A DNA stretch of 64,000 nt from an uncultured Clostridia bacterium (GCA_934643825.1 CAKUCW010000003.1:19320-83319), one strand, 5' to 3'. Counted from the stretch's first letter, positions 35,572 to 43,782 are shown. Numbers and translations: made by a program. The notes: generated by a model not told the origin, from the letters alone.

Positions 35572-36840
35572 TTAATACCGTCTCATCGGCAGATAGAACC
35601 GTCTGTTTCCCCAGATATCCACGATCATCACGCAGGGTTCGCCCGCGCAGACGGGCATTTCCAGCGTTGCCGCCAACGCGGGCGTCGCAACGCTCCTCGC
35701 ACTCAGGGCGCACCGCCTGTATACATCGCCCTGCACAAAGCCGCAGCTCCACTGATCGACGGCGTCCATTCCGTTGATGCCCGCCGCCTGCGCCTTTTCG
35801 CTTTCAAAGCTGATGAGCCGAACCGTATAGGACGTAATGGCAGGGAAAACCTCCGCTTCCACGCGGCAGTCGTCCTCGCCGCACGGCGCTTCAACCTCAA
35901 ACGCATAATCCAGCGCCTGCCCCGCCGTGCCTTGGGAAAGACGCTTGCCCGCCGTCGCAATGGCGAGCGAACTTTGGTCTACGCAGAGAAAACGCCTGCC
36001 CAGATTCGCCGCCGCAACCGCCGACGTTCCGCTTCCCGCGAACAGGTCGCAGATGAGGTCGTCCTCCTGAGAGGAACAGCTCACGATGCGCTCAAGCAGC
36101 TTCAGCGGCTTCTGCGTTTCGTATCCGGTGCGCTGAGGATCCTTCTGCTGCAAATGGCTGATATCGTCCCAAACATCGCCGGGATAGGCAGGCTCATCGT
36201 CATAATAGCGATATTCCTTGCCGCCGGATACGATCGAGCGATAACTGCGTCCGTTTTCATCCACAGCGCGGCGCATGTGGTTGCTTCTGGATTCATTCCG
36301 CGCAACCGGCACCGCCTTGAGGTTGAAGTAATACGACTTGGATCGGGCATAGAACAAAATCACGTCATGCTTGCGCGGGAAGTAGCTCCGTGCGCGTCCG
36401 CCCGTCTGATAGCTCCAGATGATCTCGTTGAGGAAATTATTTTCACCGAAAACCTCATCCATCAGCAGCCGCAGATGCGCATACATCCGGCTGTCGATAT
36501 GCAGGAAGATGGTTCCCTCTTTTTTGAGCAGCTCCCTGGACAACGTCAGCGTCTCGCGCATCATCGTCAGATAGTGGCTGCGATCCTCCCATCGATCGTC
36601 ATAGGCAGGCAGATTCAGGCTCGGCGAACCGGTGCGGTATCCCTTTTCGCCCACGCGTGCCTTCATCTCAAACTGTTTTCCCGTGTTAAACGGCGGATCC
36701 AGATAAATCGTTTGAACCTGACCTTTGAACCGAGCCAGAAGCTTTTGACCGTCTTCCGGCATTTTCGCCTGTATCAGCGTACCCCTGCTTTCCCGGCAAG
36801 CATGCCTTTCTGCGGCGCAATGGATATATGTGCAGGGCAT
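35572..36840 (-). CDS. Beta-class N6-adenine/N4-cytosine DNA methyltransferase (PF01555-like), with no adjacent endonuclease
   Basis: TIYLDPPFNTG (motif IV) precedes DLFAGSGTSAVAA (motif I). FGENNFLNEIIW and ETQKPLKLLERIV are typical of Mod/M.RsrI-like enzymes. The start is ATG 8 nt after AAGGAAGG. Confidence 0.8.
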   Translation of the reverse strand: MPCTYIHCAAERHACRESRGTLIQAKMPEDGQKLLARFKGQVQTIYLDPPFNTGKQFEMKARVGEKGYRTGSPSLNLPAYDDRWEDRSHYLTMMRETLTLSRELLKKEGTIFLHIDSRMYAHLRLLMDEVFGENNFLNEIIWSYQTGGRARSYFPRKHDVILFYARSKSYYFNLKAVPVARNESRSNHMRRAVDENGRSYRSIVSGGKEYRYYDDEPAYPGDVWDDISHLQQKDPQRTGYETQKPLKLLERIVSCSSQEDDLICDLFAGSGTSAVAAANLGRRFLCVDQSSLAIATAGKRLSQGTAGQALDYAFEVEAPCGEDDCRVEAEVFPAITSYTVRLISFESEKAQAAGINGMDAVDQWSCGFVQGDVYRRCALSARSVATPALAATLEMPVCAGEPCVMIVDIWGNRRFYLPMRRY

Positions 36841-36931
36841 AGCCTCCACCTTCCTTAATCGCGATAACGCGTAGCTTTCTTCTGAATGGTATACGATGTG
36901 CCTGATTCACAGACACGTTCCCTAATATAGT

Positions 36932-36960
36932 ATTATACTGTGTTTTTCCTTTTTTTACAA
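36932..36960 (-). promoter_or_regulatory. Sigma-A type promoter of the methyltransferase-trmD gene string
   Basis: The minus strand reads TTGTAA, an exact 17-nt spacer, then TATAAT. Confidence 0.6.
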
Positions 36961-37049
36961 GAGGCGGCAACGAATGCCATGCGGGTTTTGTGGACACGAG
37001 GCTAACCCTTTTTGACACCAATGTCCCCTTCGAACGCCCATGCCGCATC

Positions 37050-37078
37050 TTGCGCCGCATCAGGCAGCGTGTTATAAT
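37050..37078 (+). promoter_or_regulatory. Sigma-A type promoter (extended -10) for the ykgJ-like gene
   Basis: TTGCGC, 17 nt, then TATAAT, with TGt immediately upstream of the -10. Confidence 0.55.
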
Positions 37079-37122
37079 ATATTTTTAGGCTTAGATTGTC
37101 ATTGTTTTAAAGGTTGACACTC

Positions 37123-37165
37123 GGAGGCTTTGCCCCTGCTCCCGGCAGGGAACCTCTTTTCCTGC
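37123..37165 (+). repeat. Partial copy of the mosaic hairpin repeat in the 5' leader of the ykgJ-like gene
   Basis: GGAGGCTTTGCCCC-TGCTCCCGGC-AGGGAACCTCTTTTCCTG resembles GGGGCTACTCGCCCC-AAACCCTCGGC-AGGGAAC at 16491. Confidence 0.6.
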
Positions 37166-37220
37166 ACCTGTTTCGCTGTCAGGCGCTGTTTTTTCAATGC
37201 ACGCCCAAGGAGGTCTTTTC

Positions 37221-37697
37221 ATGTCAAACGCCATTCTCCGCGCCCGCGAGCTGCTGGGCGACCTCACGCCGCTGAAAACCGACTGCGGACGCCTGTGCGG
37301 CGGCGCATGCTGTCAGGGCGATGAGCAAACGGGCATGCTGCTCTTTCCCGGTGAAGAGCGCAGCTTTGAAAACTGCGATTTCGGGCATGTGATTCCGGCG
37401 AACTTCTCCCTCGCCGGCAGAGACGTGCAGCTCTTTGTCTGCTCCGGGCATTGCCGCCGCGAAAGCCGCCCGCTCGCCTGCCGCCTGTTCCCGCTCTTCC
37501 TTCGTTTCCGCAAGGATGGCTCGACACGCATCCGCATGGATCCCCGCGCTTTCAGCGTCTGTCCCTTGTGCGATTACGGGATGGATGCGCTGCACGACGC
37601 GTTCATTTCCGCTGCACGATGCGCCTACGACGCGCTGCTGGAAGACGCCGACTGTGCGGCGTTCCTCAAAGCGCTGGATGACGAACTGCGGCTTTAA
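37221..37697 (+). CDS. YkgJ family cysteine-cluster protein (UPF0153-like)
   Basis: ATG lies after AAGGAGG. CGRLCGGACCQG is the CxxxCxxxCC cluster. 158 aa. Confidence 0.7.
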   Translation: MSNAILRARELLGDLTPLKTDCGRLCGGACCQGDEQTGMLLFPGEERSFENCDFGHVIPANFSLAGRDVQLFVCSGHCRRESRPLACRLFPLFLRFRKDGSTRIRMDPRAFSVCPLCDYGMDALHDAFISAARCAYDALLEDADCAAFLKALDDELRL

Positions 37698-37705
37698 TCG
37701 CTTAT

Positions 37706-40700
37706 TTACAGCACAACGCTTGCCGTATAGCCGCCCGACGTTCCCAAATAGAGCGTGCCGTTGGCGATGGACGCCGATTCATACGCGGCGTTCAGAAGCG
37801 TCGTCGCGTTTTCGCCGTTCACATCGCAGGTCATCACGCCTTTGTTCGTCAGTTCAATAACCTTTTGCCCATAAACGAGCAGACAGGTCGCCCCGTCGCG
37901 CCGAATGGTCGCGCTCTGCCCGTTCATCACGCGGACGATCGAGCCGCCCGAGCGCACCAACAACGCCTGACCGCACTGAACCGCCTGATCCGCCGCGCCG
38001 CTGTAAAGCGTCGTCTGCTGTCCCGTCGTGATGGAGAAGGATACCACGCCGTCCTGCGTGACGCAGAGCAGCGCATTCCCCTGCACATCGAGCGAAAAAT
38101 CGCTGACGCCGGTCATCAGCTCGCTTTCTTCTCCGGAAAGCGTACGCTCCTTGAGCGCCGCGTTCGCATCCAAAATATACATCACGCCGTCATGCAGCGC
38201 AAATTTTAAGACGATGCCCGCACGCAGAAGCACTTCGCGGTTTCCGCTCTGCGTGTTCAGCCGAATGACGCAGTCCTCTCCCCCGTCGCTGGCGACATAG
38301 TAAAGCTTTCCGTTCGTCAGATGCAGAAAGCGCGGCACATCGCGTGAAAGCAGGCTTGCGGACGCGCCGTTATAGGGACGCTTGACCAGCATGCCGCCCT
38401 GCGCGGCGTCCGCACCGTACAGCGCGTTTCTGTCGCTGACAACGATGCCGCCGCCCGCCAGACTCGCCTGATATGCACCGTTCAGGCGGTATTCCTCGTT
38501 CTGCCGACCGCTGTTGTCCGCAGACTGGTGCGCAACCTGCGCCGTGACCGCGCTGCTGGCATACAGTCTGGATTGTGTGCCGCTGCCCGCCGCGCCGTCT
38601 GCCGTCAAGCCGTTCGCCTGCTGAAACTGGCGGACGGCTTGTTCTGTTGCGCTGTCATAAACGCCGCTTACAAAAGAGGCGGACAGGTAGCCCAGTGCCG
38701 CCAGCCGGCTTTGCACCTGTCTTACCTGTTCGCCGCTCATGCCCGCCGTCAGCACGTCGGATACCACGACGGTATCCGATGCGCTGCTCAGCTTGTCTCC
38801 GACGCGCACGCCGTTGGCATCCAGCGCGTCGTTTGAATAGATCAGTTTGAGGGACTGCGGACCTGCCGCGCCATCCACCTTCAGGTTGTTCATTCTCTGG
38901 AAAGCCTTGGTCGCGTCAACGGTCGTCTGTCTGAATCTGCCGTTCACTTCTTTGCTGTTCAGATAGCCCAGCTCGGCGAGCCGCGCCTGATACTGGCGGA
39001 CGTTTGCGCCCTCGCTCTCCCACTGGATGACCGTGGTCGTATCCGGAACGCTGGTCGGCTCAACGTAGTTTCCGCCGGTGCCGCCCGTGCTTTCCGAACC
39101 GGATGCGCCGAAATACGCGCTGTAAGAAACCGCGCTGCCGCTGTACAAAACAGAGAGCGTTCCAGTGCCCGCGATTCCGTCCGCCGTGAGGCCATTTGCC
39201 TCCTGAAAGAGCTTGACCGCCCGTTCCGTACCCGAGCCGAACTGCCCGTCCGGCGTGCTGCTCAGATAGCCCAGCGAAACCAGATACCGCTGCATAATCT
39301 GCACCTGATCGCTCTTGTCGCCGCGGCGCAGAACCGTATAGCTTCCGGAGGGAACGCTGCTGTCGTCGTCGTCATCCGGAATCGGCGTGATATCCGGCTC
39401 GACATAGCCGCTGCTTCCCGCGGAAACGGCGCCGGAGCTGTTCAGCTTGTTCATCGTGCCCTTGCCCGCGATGCCGTCCGCGCCCAAGCCGTTGGCACGT
39501 TGGAACGCCATAACTGCCGTGGTCGTTTCGCTTCCGAATCGTCCGTCGATTCGCCCGCTGTAATAGCCCAGCTCAAAAAGCCGCGCCTGAAGGTTGTATA
39601 CGCCCTCGCCGCTGTCGCCTTCGCGCAGGGTGCCGTTCGTGCTCGGCGCCGCCGTCGCGGTCGCCGCCTTGCAGCTGCCGCTGAGCTTTTTGAGCGTTGT
39701 CGCGCCCGCCGTGCCGTCCGCTGTCAGGTTGTTGTTTCTCTGGAAAGCCGTCAGTGCGGTCTGCGTTTCCGTTCCGAATACGCCGTCCGCGACGCCGCTG
39801 AGGTAATTCAGCTCAATCAGCCGTTCCTGCAAGGCATAAACGTCGTTGCCCGTCATGCCGACGGTCAGCGTGCGCGTCTGATCCGGGTTGGCGGTCGTCA
39901 CAGGGCTGGCGGCATATTTCGCATTGGCGGAATAGAGCTTCGTCTGCGTTGCACTGCCCGCCTGTCCATCGGCGCTCAGCCCGTTCGCCCGCTGGAATGC
40001 CTTGACCGCCGACGCCGTCGTCGAGCCGTAAATGCCGTCCACGCCGCCGGAATAGTAGCCCAGCTCTGCCAGACGTCCCTGCAATTTGCGAACTTCCAGC
40101 CCGGATGCGCCGCTCTTGAGCAGCACATAGGTGTTTTCCACCGTGCTTGCGCTGACCGTTTTGGGCTGTGCGGAGGAAGAATAGAGCTTATCCTGCGTCG
40201 CACGCCCCGCAATGCCGTCCGCCGTCAAGCCGTTTCGGCTCTGGAACTCGGTCACGGCGCTCTGCGTCGCGGTCGAGTATTTGCCGTCCACCATACCGGA
40301 ATAATAGCCCAGCTCAACCAGACGCGCCTGCAAATCGCTGACATCGTTGCCCGTCGAGCCGACGCGCAGGACGGGATAACCCGCATTGTAATCCTGCGTA
40401 GAGGTCGCCCAGCTCTGCGCACCGGGCGCAGCGGTTGCAGCCGTGCGCGGCGTAGTCGTCGGCAGGCTTCCGCTCGACCAATCTTCCCATGTGCTTTGGT
40501 CGCTGGCGCTCCAAGTATCCGGCGTGGGCGTCGGCGTCGCCTTCGGCGCAGGCGTCGGCGTGCTCGTCGGCAGGGACTGCACCGTACCGAACGGAACCGT
40601 TCCGTTGGAGATTTCAAGCGGATCGAGCGTCGGGTCGGGCTGAATGAAGCAGCCCGTCATCGTCGCCAGCATTCCCGCCAGCATGACGCCAAGCAACGCC

Positions 40701-40726
40701 TTTTTGACGGATTTTCTCACGTTCAA
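37706..40726 (-). CDS. Large lipoprotein with 7 tandem peptidoglycan-binding (PG_binding_1) domains and a C-terminal beta-propeller-like domain
   Basis: Lipobox MLATMTGC. There are seven copies of G..G..V..LQ.RL.ELGY(Y/L)SG..DG.FG..T..AV..FQ..NGL.ADG.AG..T...L. The C-terminal ~280 aa are rich in repeated beta-strand motifs (DUF5050-like, from memory). Confidence 0.85.
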   Translation of the reverse strand: MNVRKSVKKALLGVMLAGMLATMTGCFIQPDPTLDPLEISNGTVPFGTVQSLPTSTPTPAPKATPTPTPDTWSASDQSTWEDWSSGSLPTTTPRTAATAAPGAQSWATSTQDYNAGYPVLRVGSTGNDVSDLQARLVELGYYSGMVDGKYSTATQSAVTEFQSRNGLTADGIAGRATQDKLYSSSAQPKTVSASTVENTYVLLKSGASGLEVRKLQGRLAELGYYSGGVDGIYGSTTASAVKAFQRANGLSADGQAGSATQTKLYSANAKYAASPVTTANPDQTRTLTVGMTGNDVYALQERLIELNYLSGVADGVFGTETQTALTAFQRNNNLTADGTAGATTLKKLSGSCKAATATAAPSTNGTLREGDSGEGVYNLQARLFELGYYSGRIDGRFGSETTTAVMAFQRANGLGADGIAGKGTMNKLNSSGAVSAGSSGYVEPDITPIPDDDDDSSVPSGSYTVLRRGDKSDQVQIMQRYLVSLGYLSSTPDGQFGSGTERAVKLFQEANGLTADGIAGTGTLSVLYSGSAVSYSAYFGASGSESTGGTGGNYVEPTSVPDTTTVIQWESEGANVRQYQARLAELGYLNSKEVNGRFRQTTVDATKAFQRMNNLKVDGAAGPQSLKLIYSNDALDANGVRVGDKLSSASDTVVVSDVLTAGMSGEQVRQVQSRLAALGYLSASFVSGVYDSATEQAVRQFQQANGLTADGAAGSGTQSRLYASSAVTAQVAHQSADNSGRQNEEYRLNGAYQASLAGGGIVVSDRNALYGADAAQGGMLVKRPYNGASASLLSRDVPRFLHLTNGKLYYVASDGGEDCVIRLNTQSGNREVLLRAGIVLKFALHDGVMYILDANAALKERTLSGEESELMTGVSDFSLDVQGNALLCVTQDGVVSFSITTGQQTTLYSGAADQAVQCGQALLVRSGGSIVRVMNGQSATIRRDGATCLLVYGQKVIELTNKGVMTCDVNGENATTLLNAAYESASIANGTLYLGTSGGYTASVVL
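38560..40370 (-). repeat. Coding repeats for the 7 PG-binding domains (diverged)
   Basis: The periodicity of about 65-100 codons is seen in the protein. Coordinates are approximate. Confidence 0.6.
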
Positions 40727-41418
40727 TCCTCCTCTCCCCGCAGAATCGCGTCCACCTCATCCAGTGAGCGAATGTCATAGGCAATCGGCAGACCTTTATC
40801 GTTTTTCAAGCCCTTCGGGTTAAACCAGCAAGCGTCAACATCCGCGTTCTTTGCCGCCGCGATGTCGCTGGAAAGCGAATCGCCCAGCATCAGTGCGCGG
40901 CGTTTATCCGCCACGCCTGCCAGCTCCATCGCCTTTTCCAGCATCAGCGGATCGGGCTTTGCCGCGCCGACCTCAGAACTGATGACCAGACCGGAGATCA
41001 ACGGGTTCAGCTCGCTTTTTGCCATGCGGCTGCGCTGAACTTCGCTGATGCCGTTGGTCACGATGATGACCGGAACCCGTTTGCTCCAGCGCTCGACTGC
41101 CTGCACCGCGCCGGGCAAAAGCACGCTTTGCTGACCCAGCGCATCAACAAATGTGTCGCACATTTTCTGTGCATCGCCCGTTTTGCCGATTGCTTTCAGG
41201 AAATCCTCAAACCGGCGCACACGCAGAACGCTCTGCTCGATTTTTCCCAGTTCAAGCTGTTTCCAAAGCCCCTCGTTGATTTTCGAGTAAATCCGGAGCA
41301 GCTCAGGCGTTGCGCTGAAACCCGCCGTTTCGCAAACGATGGCAAAAGCATTTTCTTCGGCTTTGGTAAAATCAAAAAGCGTATTATCCGCATCACAGAG
41401 CAGCACGTCGTAGCGCAT
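40723..41418 (-). CDS. HAD family hydrolase (YjjG-like nucleotidase subfamily)
   Basis: LLCDADNTLFDF (motif I DxD), VTNG, and GDSLSSDI (motif IV). Confidence 0.85.
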   Translation of the reverse strand: MRYDVLLCDADNTLFDFTKAEENAFAIVCETAGFSATPELLRIYSKINEGLWKQLELGKIEQSVLRVRRFEDFLKAIGKTGDAQKMCDTFVDALGQQSVLLPGAVQAVERWSKRVPVIIVTNGISEVQRSRMAKSELNPLISGLVISSEVGAAKPDPLMLEKAMELAGVADKRRALMLGDSLSSDIAAAKNADVDACWFNPKGLKNDKGLPIAYDIRSLDEVDAILRGEED

Positions 41419-41551
41419 GAATCGTTTTCTCTCCTATTCTATCCATCCAAGATGTGATGGTTTTATTGTATCACATTTTCCGCACAAAGAAAAGCGGCGC
41501 GAAAGCCTTTCCGCCTCCGCGCCACTGGGAATGATTTCTTATTCTTTCTTT

Positions 41552-41953
41552 TTAAATCCACCATTCAGGCGTCAGCTCGCCAAGCGTAACGATGCGCCCC
41601 GATTCATAATCGAGCATAATCTCCACATCGCGATACGTTTTCGGCATGAGCTGGGTCATCATCTCGCGGCACGCGCCGCACGGCGGCATGGCTTTGCCAT
41701 CCCAGTTTACGGCGATCACGCGGCGAATTTCGCTCTCTCCGTGGGTGATCATATTGAAAATAGCGTTTCTCTCTGCGCAGATGCCCAGCGTACACGCGCT
41801 ATCCACGCAAACACCGACATAGATTTTTCCCGAACCCGCTTCAATCGCCGCCGCAACGCCGCCTGCTTCCATCATCTCGGAAACCTTGCGCGGATTCAGC
41901 ACGGCTTTTGCCGCATGGTACAGCTCCGTCCAAACCGCATCCACTTTACGCAT
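41552..41953 (-). CDS. Cytidine deaminase family protein (small homotetrameric CDA / blasticidin-S deaminase type)
   Basis: CAERNAI and PCGACRE zinc-binding motifs. I use the internal start MRKVD after GGAGG, which overlaps the mbl stop by 8 nt. Confidence 0.8.
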   Translation of the reverse strand: MRKVDAVWTELYHAAKAVLNPRKVSEMMEAGGVAAAIEAGSGKIYVGVCVDSACTLGICAERNAIFNMITHGESEIRRVIAVNWDGKAMPPCGACREMMTQLMPKTYRDVEIMLDYESGRIVTLGELTPEWWI

Positions 41954-42983
41954 CCTCCAGCAGGTCGCTTCTGCTTCCGGAAACCAGATCGATATTCTCA
42001 TAGCGATCGGGATCGTCAATCAACGCGCTGAGTCCGTGCGCCACGCAAAGATCCGGCTCATCGGCAAGCGTCGTGCGGATTCTGAGCTGGTCGCTGATGA
42101 CGCCGTCCAGCCCGAAGAGCTGTGCGCCGCCGCCGCTGAGCGTGATGCCCTCGTCGAAGATATCGCTCGCCAGTTCGGGCGGTGTGCGCTCGATCATCCT
42201 GTGAAGCGCATTGATGAGGTCGCGGAGCGGCTCGTCAAGCGCCTCGATCATCTCTTCGGAATTGACCGTCACCGCACGCGGCAGACCGGAAACCAGGCTT
42301 CTGCCGCAGGCGTCCATCTCCAGCTTGACGCCGCGCATACGGGCAGAGCCGATATCGATCTTCAGCTCTTCCGCCGTTCTCGAACCGATCAGCAGGTTAT
42401 GCTTTTTGCGCAGGTAATCGCTGATGGCATCATCGAAGCGGTCGCCGCCGATATTCAAAATATCCCAAACGATCTGATGACCGAACGAAAAGACGGACAC
42501 ATTCGTTCTTCCGCCGCCGATATCGATATTCATGCGTCCATACGGCTGGTCAATGCGCATACCTGCGCCGATTGCGGAGGCAACGCCTTCATCAACCGGC
42601 ACAACGCTGCGCACGCCCGCATCGACCAACACATCCACCAGCGTCTGCTGTTCACTGGGCGCCATGCCGCCGGGCAGCGCCAGAAGCAGCTTCGGGCGGA
42701 ACGCCGCACGCTTACCGACAACCTTACGCATGCAATACCGCAGCATTTTACTGACCAAGTCAAAGCTGCGGATGCGTCCGTCGCGGAGCGGGCGCTCGAC
42801 GATCAGCCCGGCGGGGGTTCTTCCGTACATACGGCGTGCTTCCTCGCCGACAGCGACCACATTACGGGTCTGCCTGTCATAAGCGACATAAGCCGGTTCG
42901 CTCAGCACGATTCCCTTTCCCCGGACGACAATATGAAGGGTCGATGTGCCCAAATCCATTCCCAGTTCATCAACGCCAAACAT
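41946..42983 (-). CDS. mbl: MreB/Mbl family rod-shape protein
   Basis: GMDLGTSTLHIVVRGKGIVLSEPAYVA...GRTPAGLIVERPLRDGRI...NIDIGGGRTNVSV is actin-like. It lies downstream of spoIIID, as does B. subtilis mbl. Confidence 0.85.
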   Translation of the reverse strand: MFGVDELGMDLGTSTLHIVVRGKGIVLSEPAYVAYDRQTRNVVAVGEEARRMYGRTPAGLIVERPLRDGRIRSFDLVSKMLRYCMRKVVGKRAAFRPKLLLALPGGMAPSEQQTLVDVLVDAGVRSVVPVDEGVASAIGAGMRIDQPYGRMNIDIGGGRTNVSVFSFGHQIVWDILNIGGDRFDDAISDYLRKKHNLLIGSRTAEELKIDIGSARMRGVKLEMDACGRSLVSGLPRAVTVNSEEMIEALDEPLRDLINALHRMIERTPPELASDIFDEGITLSGGGAQLFGLDGVISDQLRIRTTLADEPDLCVAHGLSALIDDPDRYENIDLVSGSRSDLLEDA

Positions 42984-43081
42984 TCGTTGTACTCCTTTTT
43001 CTCCATTAGGTACTCTCTCCGCCGGGCCGGGCGTGGTATCCACAGCATTCCGTTCAAGCCGGTGGCTTGATCACAGCGCGG

Positions 43082-43339
43082 TCAAAAGAGTTTTGCATAT
43101 CTTCTTCGTGTAGCTTCTCCGCCGCGCAGATGGCGTTCTGCCTTATTGCGTGCCAGCACAGCGGAAACCTCTTTATAAAGCGGTGCGGACAAATCCGAGA
43201 GCCGCGTTTCCATATCCTTATGCACAGTCGATTTAGAGACACCCATCACATCAGCTGTCTTTCTTACCGTAGCGCCCGTCGCGGCGATATATTCCGCCTC
43301 CAGCAGCACCCTGCGCTCGATCGCCTGATTCACGCGCAT
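43082..43339 (-). CDS. spoIIID: Stage III sporulation protein D (SpoIIID) transcription factor
   Basis: GATVRKTADVMGVSKSTVHKDMETRL...AERHLRGGEATRRRY closely parallels B. subtilis SpoIIID (...FGVSKSTVHKDLTERL...HLRGGEATK). Confidence 0.88.
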   Translation of the reverse strand: MRVNQAIERRVLLEAEYIAATGATVRKTADVMGVSKSTVHKDMETRLSDLSAPLYKEVSAVLARNKAERHLRGGEATRRRYAKLF

Positions 43340-43493
43340 CCCCCCAGACAGTCTTGGCAATCCGGGCTATCCTATGCGGGAAAACGCGTTTCTTGACATC
43401 CTTAACCCTATTATCATATCGCAGGGCAGGAAAATCGTCAAGGGGACGATTGGGGAAAACGGCGGTGTGAAGCGATTCGTGAGACGGTTTTTT

Positions 43494-43750
43494 TGGGGCT
43501 TTGCCCCAAACCCCACCAAGAACCTGAGGTTCTTGGATTTCCCGCTACGCTATCGGCGTACGACATGGGGCTTTGCCCCAAACTCCACCCAAGAACCTGA
43601 GGTTCTTGGATTTTCCGCTACGCTGTCTCTTTGCGACAGCTGATGGTTGACGGAATACGACATGGGGCTTTGCCCCATACCCCACCAAGAACCTGAGGTT
43701 CTTGGATTTCCCACTACGCCGTCGCTTTGCGACAGCGGACGGCTGTTCAG
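43494..43750 (+). repeat. Three head-to-tail copies of the mosaic hairpin repeat (unit about 70-95 nt)
   Basis: The core (AT)GGGGCTTTGCCCCA(A/T)A(C/T)(C/T)CCACC(C)AAGAACCTGAGGTTCTTGGATTT(T)CC(G/A)CTACGC starts at about 43494, 43566 and 43662. Copies 2 and 3 add a CTGTC(T/G)C-TTTG-CGACAG hairpin. Confidence 0.9.
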
Positions 43751-43755
43751 GCATC

Positions 43756-43782
43756 AAAAAACCTCTCCGGCAGTCGGAGAGG
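43756..43782 (-). terminator. Rho-independent terminator of truA
   Basis: The minus strand reads CCTCTCCG-ACTGC-CGGAGAGG followed by TTTTTT, 6 nt after the truA stop. Confidence 0.85.

Noticed and set aside
35572-36840. Restriction-modification or other defence system around the methyltransferase.
   Set aside because: No endonuclease, Res, specificity, helicase or nuclease-like ORF lies on either side. The neighbours are ykgJ-like, an unknown two-module protein and trmD.
36850-37220. Possible small RNA or riboswitch in the 370-bp divergent region between the methyltransferase and ykgJ-like genes.
   Set aside because: The region is explained by two face-away promoters plus a partial hairpin-repeat copy. 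I could identify no known riboswitch core sequence.
43494-43750. Possible CRISPR array (regularly spaced repeats).
   Set aside because: - The conserved unit is about 58 nt or longer and only three copies are present.
- The spacers are short and are themselves homologous hairpins.
- The same unit is dispersed at other loci.
- No cas genes or leader are present.
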